64,000 nucleotides of DNA from Phoronis australis (taxonomy: Eukaryota > Animalia > Phoronida), in contig NMRA01000637.1 of assembly GCA_002633005.1 (NCBI GenBank), forward strand, positions 158,667-222,666, given 5' to 3'. The position numbers and the translations under genes were made by a program. Shown piece after piece: positions 13,690-25,560 of the stretch. The stretch's first letter is position 1. Every line of letters begins with the position of its first letter. The notes beneath the pieces are model-generated. The model did no database searches. It had not been told where the DNA came from and worked only from the letters and a program-made list of their open reading frames with translations.

Positions 13690-14330
13690 ACATTTCTTAA
13701 CAAATGTCCACAAGTTTAGTAAGTATGACACACCCACCGGTGGCACATGCACGTGCAGTAAACCCAACTGCCTCACTTGCCAGCACATTCTAAATGAGGT
13801 TGAAATTCAACACCCTAGTGGCAAAAACATGGTCAGACGCGAATTTAGGTGCAAGTCGTCTGGCACTATATGCGTTATTCGTTGCACTCTCTGTCTCCGT
13901 GCCTGGCACATAAATAAGACCGGTTGTCCTCTCAACACACGTCTCACTGGACACCATAAATTCATCCTCCACGGTTTCTCCTTTCCTGTTGCGGATTTTC
14001 ACGTTTACACGTACGTCCATAGCAGCGATAACCTCACAGTATGTATAGTTATGCGGAATCTTGACAACACCCACGACAACAGATCCAAAGAAATCTCAAT
14101 GTTTTTGTTTTTTAAAATCAACAGGAACGTCGGTCTTAATATAAACATGGACCACACGAGCAATTACTCTACATTTAACCATTCCCAGTTCCTGTCTTTC
14201 AGTTTCTCTCGTCCCACCCCTTTGTAGTCAATCTCCACAGGATGGTGTGCAAAAGCCCTTCGCGTCACTTGCGTTCATACCTCACGAACAGCCTTACTCA
14301 TAAGACTCAAAAGCTGGTGTTTTTAGCAAA
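13690..14330 (+). mobile_element. Penelope-like element (Neptune-type) GIY-YIG endonuclease / 3' remnant
   Basis: CTCSKPNCLTC zinc-knuckle (~13750-13785), then FRCKSSGTICVIRCTLC..HINKTG..LNTRLTGH..PVADFH..HS..L.V..R..E...GLN (ORF 13829-14227): the PLE GIY-YIG pattern, degenerate. Confidence 0.8.
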
Positions 14331-16146
14331 TGTTTTGACCGGATTTTGAACTAAATTTTTTTACCCGTTTCTACATTGTCTAGTTTTATCCGGTCTCGAT
14401 ATATACATGTATGTACGTTATTTTAACTGTAATTGGAGCTGCTTGCAAGAGGGGAGTCCACTGCTTTTTGGAAACGTGTTACTTATCAATTACAATTTGA
14501 GGTAGGAAACTCAATAGAGGATTTACTGAAACACTGAGAACTTCGAGTCTTGACCGGCACATTTAATGGACAAACGACCACGACTACGGACTTGTATACT
14601 GGCACAGGTGTATCCAATTTATAGGTGTTTCACATATCAGGCCTGCAATATGAACAATACTTTTCGTGGTTTCGTAACGAAAAAGATTTAGTTGTAGCCC
14701 TTTCTTGACACTTCGAAAATTGTCAAGTTCGTGTATATGTACCGTAGTAAGGGCACATACAGCCAGTGGCTTTCAGCTCGACTTCGGAAAACTATTCATT
14801 GCCTTAATATTGGCATATAGTCTAATCAGAGTTTGCGTATTTTGCTAGTTTGGTATATTAAATATATTAGTCCAAGTTGTGCTTAGTTGATGTCGAATAC
14901 GCTCAGCTGACTGGAAATTATGCAGTGCGTCATCTTAAACATAACGTTGATTTGCATATGAACCATACTGTCACCGTCTTTTCAGTGGCTGGCGCCTTTG
15001 AAGTCACTGACATCAACGTAATTAACGATGTAATTTCCTTTAATTTCAGCAGTTTAGAACAATATTATCAACCGGAAAACCTCACTAAAATGGAAAGTTT
15101 CCTAAATTAAGACCAACCTATTTGTGTTACTTGAACTGATTTAATTACATCATTGTTTCTGAATGCATAATGAATGAAGTTCAAAATGATTTATTATTGT
15201 GCATGAAATCAAATAAAATAGTTCTTCAATGTTCATGTCATGTTCATAGGAATCATTTGAGAATCAAATGTGACTAAATTGGTTTGTGCAAAAGTTGAGT
15301 TTATGGAGATTTTAACTACAATGAAGAAAAATATCTTTAGACATTTTGAAAACGTCGCTATTTAGTTTGCGTTTAGGAACTACAATGACTTCATTTACAC
15401 AGTAACACCATCATTGTAGTCTTGTTCTTTTTAACTGAATTCAAATTGAAAGACGGTCATACTGTATTGGCGGCTGAACTTAACTCAGTCCCCGTGAAAA
15501 CCAAACTTCGTGAGAATGTTGTCTAACAACAACGAATGATCAGTTGTTTTCAAGTCTAGAAATGATTTATATTCTGAGAAATGAAGAATTCAACAACAAT
15601 TTCATAACGTTTAAGTGGCTTAAATAATGTTTGAGGAAAGGCGCAGGTGTTGTCCATTTGAAGACGAATTCAAAACCTGCCATGGATTTGCACGGCACTT
15701 TCAAATAACAGTGCAATTTAAAAACTACTATTTCCAGTAACTGTCAAAGACGTTTTAGTAATGCGTTTCCAAAGAGCAATATATTTAAGCCGCCGGAACA
15801 TTTACTCATCAAAACGAGTCAAATAACGACGTGTAACAAACTAATTGTATTGATTGTATTAAGTGATCAGTTACAAACACAAACAACATTTATCACTAAT
15901 CAAAGGTCAAACCTAATTATTACAACTAAAAGCGCTTCTTTCACACAATATGTATACAGTAACGGTTTATAGAATACGCTCAGTCGAGAAAAATAAACTA
16001 AACACATAAAAATAGATGCACACATAAAAGTCAGAGGACATTTTGAGATATCTGACATAACTGGTAATAACAAAAGCATAGTTATGATACATAATTAAAT
16101 GTACATAAATGATGTAATTACACGCGCTACTCTGCTCTGTACAACA

Positions 16147-18105
16147 TTATTCCTTCAAGTACTGAAATGTCTTCACCACACCTGTACCCCACTCCACTAC
16201 AGACACCTGACCCGGGGCCGGGAGACATATACCAGTTGGACGCTGGACACCACCAGGGGGCACAATCACGTGTGCACGTGCGTTGTTGTATAAAATCACC
16301 TGATGATTGTCACAGTCTGCCACCAGAATGTGACCGTGTGAGTCTACACACACACCTTGCGGCCTGTTACTCAGTTGATCGGTCAGTGTGGATACAACGG
16401 CCGGCCGCGTGTGGTCAATCACATGGACACGACCGGGATTCCACTCACCGACCACCAACTGACCACAGTTATCCATGCACACATATTGTGGTGTGAACTT
16501 ATCCAGTCCCAGGATGGGACCGTCCAACTGTTGGTGAATATTACAGTCATAATCTGTAATAATCACCCGCCCCCCATCTGTATCACACACAAACAGCCTG
16601 TCGCCGTGACATGAAACATACCCATCACCTTTATACACATCAGGACACACCTTCACCACCTCACCGCGGGCATTGTACCTAACAACACCCTTAATGCCGC
16701 AGTCGGTGATGAAGATGTCTCCATCATCGCTACATGTCACATCGACCGGCCTCTGCAGTTTGTGACGAGTTTGTTGTAACTCAAACTTTAGTTTAAACTC
16801 GTGCTTATCAAACACTCTCACTGTTTCGTTCTCCAAGTCTGTTACAACAAACCCCGCATCACAAACTGCCAGTCCACAACACGCAGGCCCCCTCTCCCCC
16901 TCACCCAGGCTGGTAAAACTACCCACACTACCCGCAGGTTCTTTAACAGTCAGTGGTGGAGTGACAGGTTGAACGAGTGATTTGGATGAAAGTTGTGAGA
17001 ATTTTGTAGTGGTTTCTTGTGATTCTACAGTAAACCCTACGTCAACATACGAGTCCGCTACTAACAATTCAGACGGTGTAAAACCGAACACTGGCTTTTC
17101 AACGCCATGTTGTAACTGATTCACATCTAATGATGCAAGGGTGTCCGCCATGGTGGTGAACTGTTGAGTTGTTTCTGAAGGATGTGAACTTTCAATGAGT
17201 TGCTTAGCGTATCTCAATGTACTCATCAGAGACTGTCGACTTTGTTCAGCCGCCTCGTAAGCGGCTTGAGTTTGTTTTTGGGCCAAGAGGAACTGTTCGT
17301 TAAGTTTAGTGATCGCTTCACCTTTCTTTATTTCAACCCTGTCCTTGAAGTCATCATAAATCTTGCAGAGTTCGTCAAGCTTTTGAGCTAACATGACTTG
17401 AGTTAGCTCTTCGCGAACATTTCTGCGAGCGTCTGCCACAATCTGTGCATGATCGACTGCGTCTACCCAGGGCTCAATCAAACCTTGGAGCACCTCGACT
17501 GCTTCCTTTGCCGCCTCGTCAAGGTTTTTCATTTTGTGTTGATCGTGGTCTAGCTTTGTACATAACATACATACGGGTATCTTGCAGTTTTCACAATAAA
17601 TTTCCAGCAACTTGTCCGTGTGTTTTAAACAATACGTCTTCTGACATCGACGCATTGTTTCAAAATGAACGCCAGCAGCGACTTCATCCAAACTGACCAC
17701 TTTGTGGGTTAAAGTGAGTCCAGTCTGACAGTGAACGGCAGCACACTTTTCACACAGGTGATGAGCGCACTGTAGACACATGGACTCTGCTTCGACAGTG
17801 GATTCGTTGTGATGACATACAAAACAGAAGACATTGCCCGTTTTTGGAACGCAGTCATTCATGTGATACAGGAAATGATTGAAAGGGAAACCAGCAGCGC
17901 CATCTTTAGGAATGTTTATAACTCTCTTGCACCTGGGACATGCGAACTCGCCGTTTTTTCCTTGTTTGTCCATATACGTCTGAATACATCCCTCACAAAA
18001 TGTATGTACACATGGGAGCAGGCGGGGAGTCTTCTGACGCTCCAAACAAATGGGGCATTCCAGCATGCGCCGCATTTCCTCTGCATCTTTGGAGCTGATG
18101 GCCAT
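16147..18105 (-). CDS. TRIM-NHL family E3 ubiquitin ligase (RING - B-box1 - B-box2 - coiled coil - NHL beta-propeller), single coding exon, 652 aa
   Basis: Intact 652-aa ORF. C3HC4 RING (CPICLE..PRLLPCVHTFCEGC..CPRC), B-box1 (CFVC..CLQCAHHLCEKCAAVH..H), B-box2 (CLKH..YCENCKIPVCMLC..H..H), heptad-rich coiled coil, NHL repeats (RPVDV, RPQGVCVDSHGHILVAD, RPTGI). A pyrimidine tract + AG immediately upstream of the ATG suggests a 5'UTR intron. Confidence 0.95.
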   Translation of the reverse strand: MAISSKDAEEMRRMLECPICLERQKTPRLLPCVHTFCEGCIQTYMDKQGKNGEFACPRCKRVINIPKDGAAGFPFNHFLYHMNDCVPKTGNVFCFVCHHNESTVEAESMCLQCAHHLCEKCAAVHCQTGLTLTHKVVSLDEVAAGVHFETMRRCQKTYCLKHTDKLLEIYCENCKIPVCMLCTKLDHDQHKMKNLDEAAKEAVEVLQGLIEPWVDAVDHAQIVADARRNVREELTQVMLAQKLDELCKIYDDFKDRVEIKKGEAITKLNEQFLLAQKQTQAAYEAAEQSRQSLMSTLRYAKQLIESSHPSETTQQFTTMADTLASLDVNQLQHGVEKPVFGFTPSELLVADSYVDVGFTVESQETTTKFSQLSSKSLVQPVTPPLTVKEPAGSVGSFTSLGEGERGPACCGLAVCDAGFVVTDLENETVRVFDKHEFKLKFELQQTRHKLQRPVDVTCSDDGDIFITDCGIKGVVRYNARGEVVKVCPDVYKGDGYVSCHGDRLFVCDTDGGRVIITDYDCNIHQQLDGPILGLDKFTPQYVCMDNCGQLVVGEWNPGRVHVIDHTRPAVVSTLTDQLSNRPQGVCVDSHGHILVADCDNHQVILYNNARAHVIVPPGGVQRPTGICLPAPGQVSVVEWGTGVVKTFQYLKE

Positions 18106-21100
18106 ATCTGGTGGAGGGGAAAATAACTGAAAAGAACGATGAGAGTGTACTTTAATACTCCAAATGTTGATGTTACATAATAACTCTTATTTACTTTTTC
18201 GGTATGAGTGTAACATGAACGACATATGCACGTAAGGGGCAGCATTTTTTTAAAACACGGTGTTATTATGTTTTTGAAATTCTTGAAACAAAACAGGGAA
18301 AAGTGAGTAATTCCAACTCTTGTTAGATCTTGAACTTGTCATGAGTTCAGAAATACATGACAAATTATTTCATATATAAAAATAAGATATGTCTACACAC
18401 ATGTCCACTATAAATAGTCTCTAATTGTGAGCACAATTTCACAAAATTCTCAATGATTTGTTTTAAACAGGATCACTCCACAGCTACTGCATTTATTGTA
18501 TAAAAAATGTAAACACTCACAAAACATGTAGTGACAAAGTTTATTGAAAGATCTACAAATTCACCTTACATTATAAAAAGAATAACTTATGATTGAGACG
18601 ACTTAAATTTACAGTTGTGAAATTGGTGTTCAAATATATTTTTTAATAAAGTTTGAAGTTCGTTATTGCAGGAGAGACGAGTGGATCTACAAGTTGATAA
18701 AAGAAGCACACCATTAAAAATGACACGTGGGAGTTCTGATAAAGCGCTTTTTCTGAAGCGATTTTTGCTGCCCCGCATTGTGAAATTGATATGAATGTTT
18801 TGTTTGTTAAAGAACAATGTTAGACACAGAAGATTTTCGGTGAACGGAGGCGGAATTGTAATTTGAGTGACGACATAAACCTCTGAAACGGCTCCCCGCG
18901 AGTTAGAAATATACAAGCCCGGTTTAATTTTGTCGTATTTTTGAGTGCCATTAAATGAATTAAGCATCCATCATTTGCCAACCTAAAATGGCATACTTAG
19001 GCGCAAACCGAATCTTTTAAGAACCACAAAATAGAAAAAAAAGTTTATGACCCAAATTTTGTAGGAATAAGTTTTGAACTGTCAGTCGCTTTTTGTTCCC
19101 GAAAAAGTGCCAACGAGTGAAAATGCTATTGACCTCACTTTGCACAAAACAATTTGCTTATCTAGACCCCTCTACGCTTGGAGTCATTACAAGGCAGGCT
19201 AGTGGTCACATGACCACGAAACATGATTAGGGATGGCCTGTCGTCCCCAACCGTATTTTGCATTTACAATGCACGTTTTGTTTCCATTGTTGATTGCTCA
19301 GCCAGCTACTGGCTGTCGCTAACAACTATTGTTCGCATGAAAAAAACCTGTTTTGACTACATCAACAAAACACGCTTTAATCATATCGAAACCGATACTA
19401 GGAAAACTGATGAGTCACGTCTTTGTCGGTGAGTTACTCATCAATATGTATCACAGGATGTGGAAACGATTCTACGGCAGCGCCTTTAAGATTCCAAATA
19501 CGGTCCTCTTGAACCCCAGTTCCTGACTACTAGAATTTGGACACCAGGTACGGCCGATGGAAATTGACTCTCGGGTTTGCTGGTCTAAAAAGAATGCGAG
19601 GATCGAAGGTGGAAGTTAGAGGAGAATTCGTGGAATCGTTTTCACTCCCTGTATAAGGAATTTTGCATGAAACCTGACTGTTTTCGAGGAGTACAAATCA
19701 CAAATTTGTAACCATTCACTTTTATATCTTGTGTCACTGGAAATACGCACGCAGTGTCCAACTTTTTTGAAGATCACCAGAATCTAATAACAAAAAACGA
19801 AGAAATGTGGAATTGACATCAGTGTCAGAAAGTTCACGTATTCAGATCACAGTCCACAATCAGAAACGATTAGCAGACAACAAGACATGTTCAATGATCA
19901 TTTTAATGTCAATTGTGGATTTTCGTACGTGCATTGAACGACAGTACAAAAACCGTGTCTTTATCACAGGCGGCCTAGTAAGTACCGTCAAACTCGCAAT
20001 GCCCAAAACTGACATCGCTTGCTTGATTACGAAAAAGTTGTCAAGCCAGCGATAAAATAGTTGATAAAGCAGATTTACAAACCTGGGAATAGGCAAATTT
20101 GCAGCAGCCTTGAGAAACGCATCTGCTCCGATGCAGTGCGACTGTTCGTCTGAAAAAACAACGCTAAGCGCGTCTTCAACTAGCCAATAAGCAATACCGT
20201 TTTGAGTCACGTGTGAAATAGTCGTGTTGCTTTCACCAAGGAGTCCTTGCTTTCACTGCAAGGATGTGCCCGGTTTTCCCGCGTTTCTATCAAGCTATTA
20301 CTCTCTTGTGGCCGCCGTTTAGTGAGAGCACGGACGAAGACAGGTACGCGCTTCAATTTAGTGAAAACAGAAACGCTTATATTTCTGCTGCGATATGAAC
20401 AGTCAGCATTTTCGCTTCGCGAAGGATAAAGGTATCCATTTGCTGGGAATAACAGCACAGTGCAAGAACCTCACAGTGTGCCGAAGTGTCGAGCTAAGCG
20501 CTTAGCATCGAAGGCCAATGAAAAATAATGATTGCATCACCTGACGACAGGAAAGCTCTGTCGTTGGCCCATTCTTACCGAATGTTGGCCTACTATAATA
20601 ACGTACTTGATTGTATAAAGTGGCTTTCGTCCCCGAAACGTTCAAACGCAAATAGATGTTCAAGTAGCAAAATTAAAACATCGCCACTAGTACGTCTGCT
20701 TTAAAAATGTTACTTGAATATCCGTATTTGTTTATTTTGTGCAATGGTCTAAAACAATCATATATACATTTTCGGAAATATACCTTTTTATCTCAAGTGC
20801 TTCACAAATGCTTACCGGTACTCAGACTGTCGACTAAGGCATTCCTCAGAGGTCGATACCACTAGCGTACCCCCTTTTTAGTACAGGGGGAATACGTAGA
20901 TAAGCCCACACGATGACACACCTATGGACGTTTATTTGGAAGTATGCCAAATACACGCCCATGGGTGTTACAACTTGTGGTGACAAGTGTCCTGACAGTG
21001 GGGTGTTTATTTGGAAATTTTCCTCTTAAAAGCCCACTCAGCGTCAACGTTTTGTCGCAAATTCAGTTCTGTGGAGCTTTTATCATTTATAAAAACGAAC

Positions 21101-21734
21101 AAGGTGTTGACAAAGAATGCAAAAAATTAAAAATCCAGTTTTAAGTAAAAGAGTGTCCAGTCAAGTAAACCTATGGCTTTCTGTTTACAAGACCCCTTTT
21201 CTGAATAAACGCCCGGGTGTTTAATTGGTGTACCTAAAACGCCTGAAAATTATCATTTTTTGATAACACGCTCATGGGCTCATCTATGCAAATTCCCGGT
21301 ATTTAATAACCTGATGGTAGCATCGTTGTCCACAACAAATTTTTTACGTACATGTATGTGACGACACCGCTTTGTTTGCTGTTCTAAGAAGAGCAACGCG
21401 GATCGTTGAAATGCGCCCATGAATGCATTGCAAGTGGTGGGCTGAGAGCTATTCCGTGACAACAAACCTGTCTTGAACCCTTTCCGATTTGAGCCAAAAA
21501 TTTTGTTGAATCCCGTAAATCTCCTTTCGATATTTCACTGCAGTTGGCTTGGAACTGGTCAAAGCTCTGTGTTGTTGCATACATGTACTTATAATTCTTT
21601 TATACTTCAAGGACATTTTTGGAAACAGAAAACATTAGCGATTAAAAAAAGAAACTCTACGGTTGCATAGGCTGGCTTCTAAGATCGTTGAGTTTTGAGC
21701 TAAGCTTTTTATGGAATTATGACAGGTACAGTGT

Positions 21735-21805
21735 CTACAGTGGATCTCGAACTCAGGTTGCACGAGCGACAGTCAAGCATCTTAACCATTCAGCCAAGGG
21801 GCAAT
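21735..21805 (-). mobile_element. tRNA-derived SINE-like head (pol III A/B boxes)
   Basis: Reverse complement reads TGGCTGAATGGTTAAGATGCTTGACT...CCTGAGTTCGAGATCC: A-box and B-box at tRNA-like spacing, without a clean cloverleaf. Confidence 0.45.
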
Positions 21806-24800
21806 TGCTGGTTAGCAAGCCACTTGAGAGACTTTATCTGACTGTACACGTAGTCACAACCGGAAGTCACGCTTCACAACAATTTGAATATTTTGTTGTG
21901 TCTAAGAGCCTAAGAAGACTTAAATAATCTGTTCGTTCTTTTAAGATGACGGTTGTCATTATTGGGTTGCAATTTACAGCAGATCACAGGCACCAATCTC
22001 AAGCCGGACACAGAAGGAGCTGCTTCACCAGTCTGTGCACCATTGCAGTCAGCGACAGCATGAATCCAAATCCCACTGCCATTGCCCATCATCTGTACAA
22101 CTAATTGTTAGACACTGAGGGATTGCAGTATAAAATGATCACTTACTTCAGTGGCGGATCTAGGATACCATAAGGGGGGGCCAAGATGTTGCCTGGTTGC
22201 CTAGGGAATTGGGCACAGACGGCCCGAAAGTTGCGGGAGCTGACGATGTGGACCTGGTGTTGCTAAATTCTATCGGAGGACTAAAAAAAATTAAAGAAAT
22301 AAAAACCGAAACACGATTCCGCTGCGCCCTGCACATAAGGGCACACCTGTTTAACTTTTTATATGAATCTCTTTTCATGAGCACAATGTTCTTTGGAAAA
22401 ATATAACTCCGGAACATTCTCATTAGACTTCTTGTGGTGTTCGAATTGACTTTTACAAATGTTTTCAGTTTTCCAAGATAATGTTACAACTGAATCCCAG
22501 TCGTTTGCATACAGACGCATATAAGCTCATAGTTATGTGCAAACGGCCATTGGGCAGCAAGACGGTATGCCGATGAACAACATTACATTAAAATACCGAA
22601 GTCACCTTATTTAAAATCTGGTCAATCATGTTACAAGTGATAGGTCAGCTAGGGGATAATGTTAATCATAGTTTAGGGTGATGAAATTTTTTCTCCTTGT
22701 GATATCAGTGTGTCGGTTTTTAGCAATGCAAAAACATTTTGAAAAGTTTATCAAAGCGTAAATTTTAGTTCAATTATACTCTTTGTGTTGTACTTGATTC
22801 ATTTTATTTGAAATCCTTGTACAACACTGTATCAAAATCAAGGCATCCTCCTTTTGGTGTTGTTTCAGCTACTGTTTCTTCTTTAGAAAACAACAAATCA
22901 TATTTCTGTCTGCTTTAATCGGTAGGATGCCTCGTATTCAATGGATATCTAGTAGTATTCAAAATATTTGAAATTACTTGTAACATATTAACTCTGTAAG
23001 AGTCGTGTCTTATTTCCAAAAATTAGGCCTAGCCAGCCTCTGTAACATAATAGACTATATAAGTTGGACCGTCAGGTCCCTGTAAGTGTCGCAGTCAATG
23101 CTGCAGTCCCTATTTCTGCTATAAGATAACGATGAAAAAATACATGCTTGTCCAATAGCGAAGAGTGGCAAGAAGTTCCAGGATTTTATTTCCGTCTGTC
23201 CTGGCCCATTGTGGTCATTCATTTAGACTGCATGTTTATAATCATAGTGTCTTATTGTGTATTGTAGCAAACTGCAACACCAAAATTATGCTCATCCAGA
23301 TTCCGCATTGACATTACGGCTTCCACTTTCTTGTTGTACATGTACATGTAATAGTGAAGACAGGGCATCGGTTCACTGTCCTGACATCTTTGAATGATCC
23401 ACTTGATCGAGTCATGAAAATATGTCCACTGTGCCAATGTGACTGTAACGCTTCAGGTTGACCATAACAGGACAATTTATGTGGTTTGCTGCTTCAAAGT
23501 GAGAAAATACGCAAAATACTATGACGGGAACAGTGTGGGTCAAAATGACCGTAATGGGACAAGACGAGTCCCGTTATGGTCACCTTGGACTGTTATGGTC
23601 ACCGTCGGAAATTGGATCGTTCTATGACGTCAGAACATTTGCCAACCTTCACAGTTGATCAGCCATCTTTTGATCACTTGATATATGGTACAGTGAGATA
23701 AAAATATTTAAATAACAGGTCTACCAGTGAAATCTATATTGACTTTTCCGTCTGTTATAGTTGATTTTATTGAAAAATTACTTAAAGTGTCTTGTGGATA
23801 GCCAAAGATCGAGAAAAGAACTCAATCAAAAAAGAGTAGTCAGATTTCATGCGAATTCACTTTACGAGCTCACCAGTATCCTCAGGGTTTCCTGTGACAT
23901 CACTTGAGCGGATGAAAAGATGCCTGCACGTGACTTTCATTCTGCATAGGCCGAAAGAACTAAAATTCCTCCAAGACAAGTTTCCTGTATTAGGAAGGCT
24001 AGTGATGTAGGTTTTAAATTAATGTTGTACATTCATTAATTACAATAATAATCTGAAATTTTTGTAGTTTATTTGGTAGGACTTTGTTGAAGTAAAAAGT
24101 ACCATTTTTATTTGCTTCAGGGATTTCCTACGGCTTCGAGCTTATGGCTCTACACGAAAGCCCCCGGCCAACAACGCCTTCGCCCTTCTGTGGACAAGGT
24201 GGCCAGTAGGTAAGGAGCTGGTCAGAATTATTGAAAACGTGTAGGCCTAAAACAGGAATCTGGAAATGAAATCTGGAAACTGAAGGAACGCATGAGCCCT
24301 CATATTGCGTCAATTAAATGTACACTTTTGTGTGGTCTTCAAATCAGCATCTATTTTGTGATTGTATAAACGTATAAAATTTTCTCCAGAAGTCTACCTT
24401 TTTACTCAAGAACACCATTTTACAAAAAGCTGGGTTGTTATTCAAGGTCAATCAACGATATTAAATTTGAAGAATCACTGAACGGCGGATTAAAGGGGGG
24501 GGGGGACGGAGCGCGCCACCCTGTCAACTCTTCTCCCTTAGCAGCTGCACTGAGCTATAGCTACCATAAGCCAGAGAAAAATGAAATAAAGCATTGCAAA
24601 TGTGCCCAAGATACCCAGAAGCTTACTTCAAGCTTGAAAGCCAGAAATTTTCTGTCTGCATTACACCCCTTTGAAAATGTTTCTCCTAAAGAAAATAATA
24701 ATAAATAACGGTAACAACGGATTCCAAACTGACAGAATACCCACCATTTGGGGTTAAGTAGGAGGATACTTCCCTCCTTTGTTTCGACATGACGACTTTG

Positions 24801-25129
24801 CGCTTTGAACTGCAGGATTTGTGCTTTTCTTGCAGCGAATTTTGTATTGAGGTATGTTTAGACGTATCTACGAACTTAACGAACACGGTCACTGCATAGA
24901 GAGAGAGGGACGGAGGGAGGGAGGGAGGGTGTGAGAGAGGGAGGGNGATATGAATAACTAGTATTGGCAAAAGCTTACTTACATGCCTATGATTCAATAT
25001 TGAAGTTTTAGTGGGTGTATTATTTCGGAAGATTAATCTAAAACTGTGTTAGTCAACGTTCGGCTTTTTGGAGGTTTTACAAGTTTTCATTGTGTTTTAA
25101 GAGATTGCAGGTGTATTGGTTACTCTGGT

Positions 25130-25560
25130 GGTGGAGTGCTTTATTGTACTATTATCTTATATAGGGAATTCCGTTGTCTCATTGAGAATTGGTAAATATA
25201 AAGCATTTTTGAGAGATCAATTTTGACTTTTACTGTCAGACTGGGCACAAGGGTAAGCATAAGCACCAGTACCCAATTAGCATCTGGTGGAAGTAGAATC
25301 CGTCTCACACTTGAATTGGAGGGGCTTGTGTGTGTTTCAAGGAACATGTTGGTACTGTCTTCTACTTGTTGTTTAATCAATATAGCCATTCTCAATGTAA
25401 TACGTATTTTGAATTTGCAGCCTACACAGTGGAACAACACGCCTCTTCGAAAATTGACAGCTAATCAAAAGGTTCACTTATTAACGTAATAGAACGAAAT
25501 GAGACTTTTTTCCCAGTTTGTGTAAGTCTTTGAAGGGAAATTTACCCACAATGTTCACCG
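25130..25560 (-). mobile_element. Highly decayed Penelope-like GIY-YIG fragment
   Basis: Across frames: LFHCVGC.., GYIDQTTSRRQYQHVP (cf. YIGxTxRxLxxRxxQHVP) and LYIYQFSMRQRNSLYKI (cf. the PLE C-terminal LYI..P.L..QKEF.YKL). Confidence 0.35.

Noticed and set aside
16099-18245. Several overlapping ORFs in other frames or strands over the TRIM gene
   Set aside because: Shadow ORFs of a real CDS, with no recognisable motifs.
19400-19445. CTGATGAG followed by a hairpin, hammerhead-like
   Set aside because: No GAAA core or NUH site after stem II.
19700-20500. ORF-dense stretch with AMPKTDIAC, faintly like Sola-type transposase PKTDxC
   Set aside because: A single short motif with no catalytic residues or TIRs recognised, so it cannot be supported without a profile search.
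21735-21805. Possible tRNA gene
   Set aside because: A and B boxes are present but the acceptor and anticodon stems do not pair convincingly; treated as a SINE head.
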